From Podarcis vaucheri (lineage: Eukaryota), in the NCBI GenBank assembly GCA_965113315.1, contig OZ220363.1: a DNA stretch of 64,000 nucleotides; one strand, given 5' to 3'. Position 1 is the stretch's first letter. Each line of letters opens with the position of its first letter. The translations under genes and the position numbers were made by a program. The notes beneath the pieces were generated by a model. That model was not told the DNA's origin. It saw nothing but the letters and a program-made list of their open reading frames with translations, and ran no database searches. Below, piece by piece: positions 63,636 to 64,000 of this stretch.

Positions 63636-64000
63636 TATGTCCCACGGAATATAGGAAGTGGCCCATCTAGCTCACTATTATTTGACTAACAACAGCTCTC
63701 CAAGATTTCAGGCAGGAGTCTCCCCCAGCACTACCTGAAGATGCAGACATATGCATTAGTTTTCAGTAAGGTTGATGTCAACTTTCCCAGTTGCATTATG
63801 CGTCCGCGTTTTGCATGTCACACAAAGTCACAAAGTCTTAGTAGAAGTAGAAGTGAAGAGGAAATCCCAGTCCGGTTGAAGGGAAGTCCTCTTGGCCTTT
63901 TGAAATCTTGACAAATCAAATTGAGGTGTTTATATAAAACTAGGACTAGCAACTAATCCTTATGGTAAATGTCTGCTACTCCCAAGTATTCAGGCCAAAG

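Noticed and set aside
59786-64000. EGLN3 exon 2
   Set aside because: I saw no [20 protein letters not shown]-coding sequence; the region reads as intron 1 with MITEs and SINEs.

Overview
Vertebrate genomic DNA, most likely a lacertid lizard, judged from the squamate repeat content (Sauria SINEs, BovB, CR1, L2, Penelope-like elements, Tc1/mariner and hAT MITEs). The first ~56 kb has no supportable protein-coding gene and is rich in transposon debris; nearly all ORFs in the track there are spurious or TE-derived. The last 8 kb holds the 5' end of EGLN3 (PHD3, HIF prolyl hydroxylase) on the + strand: a canonical coding exon 1 at 59429-59785, with exon 2 onward lying beyond the window. The main finding is a second intact PHD-family exon 1 at 56786-57394, about 2 kb upstream, in its own CpG island. 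It has a strong Kozak ATG and ends at a phase-0 donor at exactly the homologous codon (GRHK|GT vs ERSK|GT). It resembles EGLN1/PHD2 more than the adjacent EGLN3 exon, and no exon 2 lies between the two. This suggests two mutually exclusive first exons that swap the substrate-selecting half of the oxygen sensor onto shared catalytic exons. Secondary finding: Penelope-like terminal repeats carry a minimal hammerhead ribozyme motif (complete fold at 9715-9760). Repeat family names and comparisons to human PHD2 come from recall and hand alignment, not database searches.
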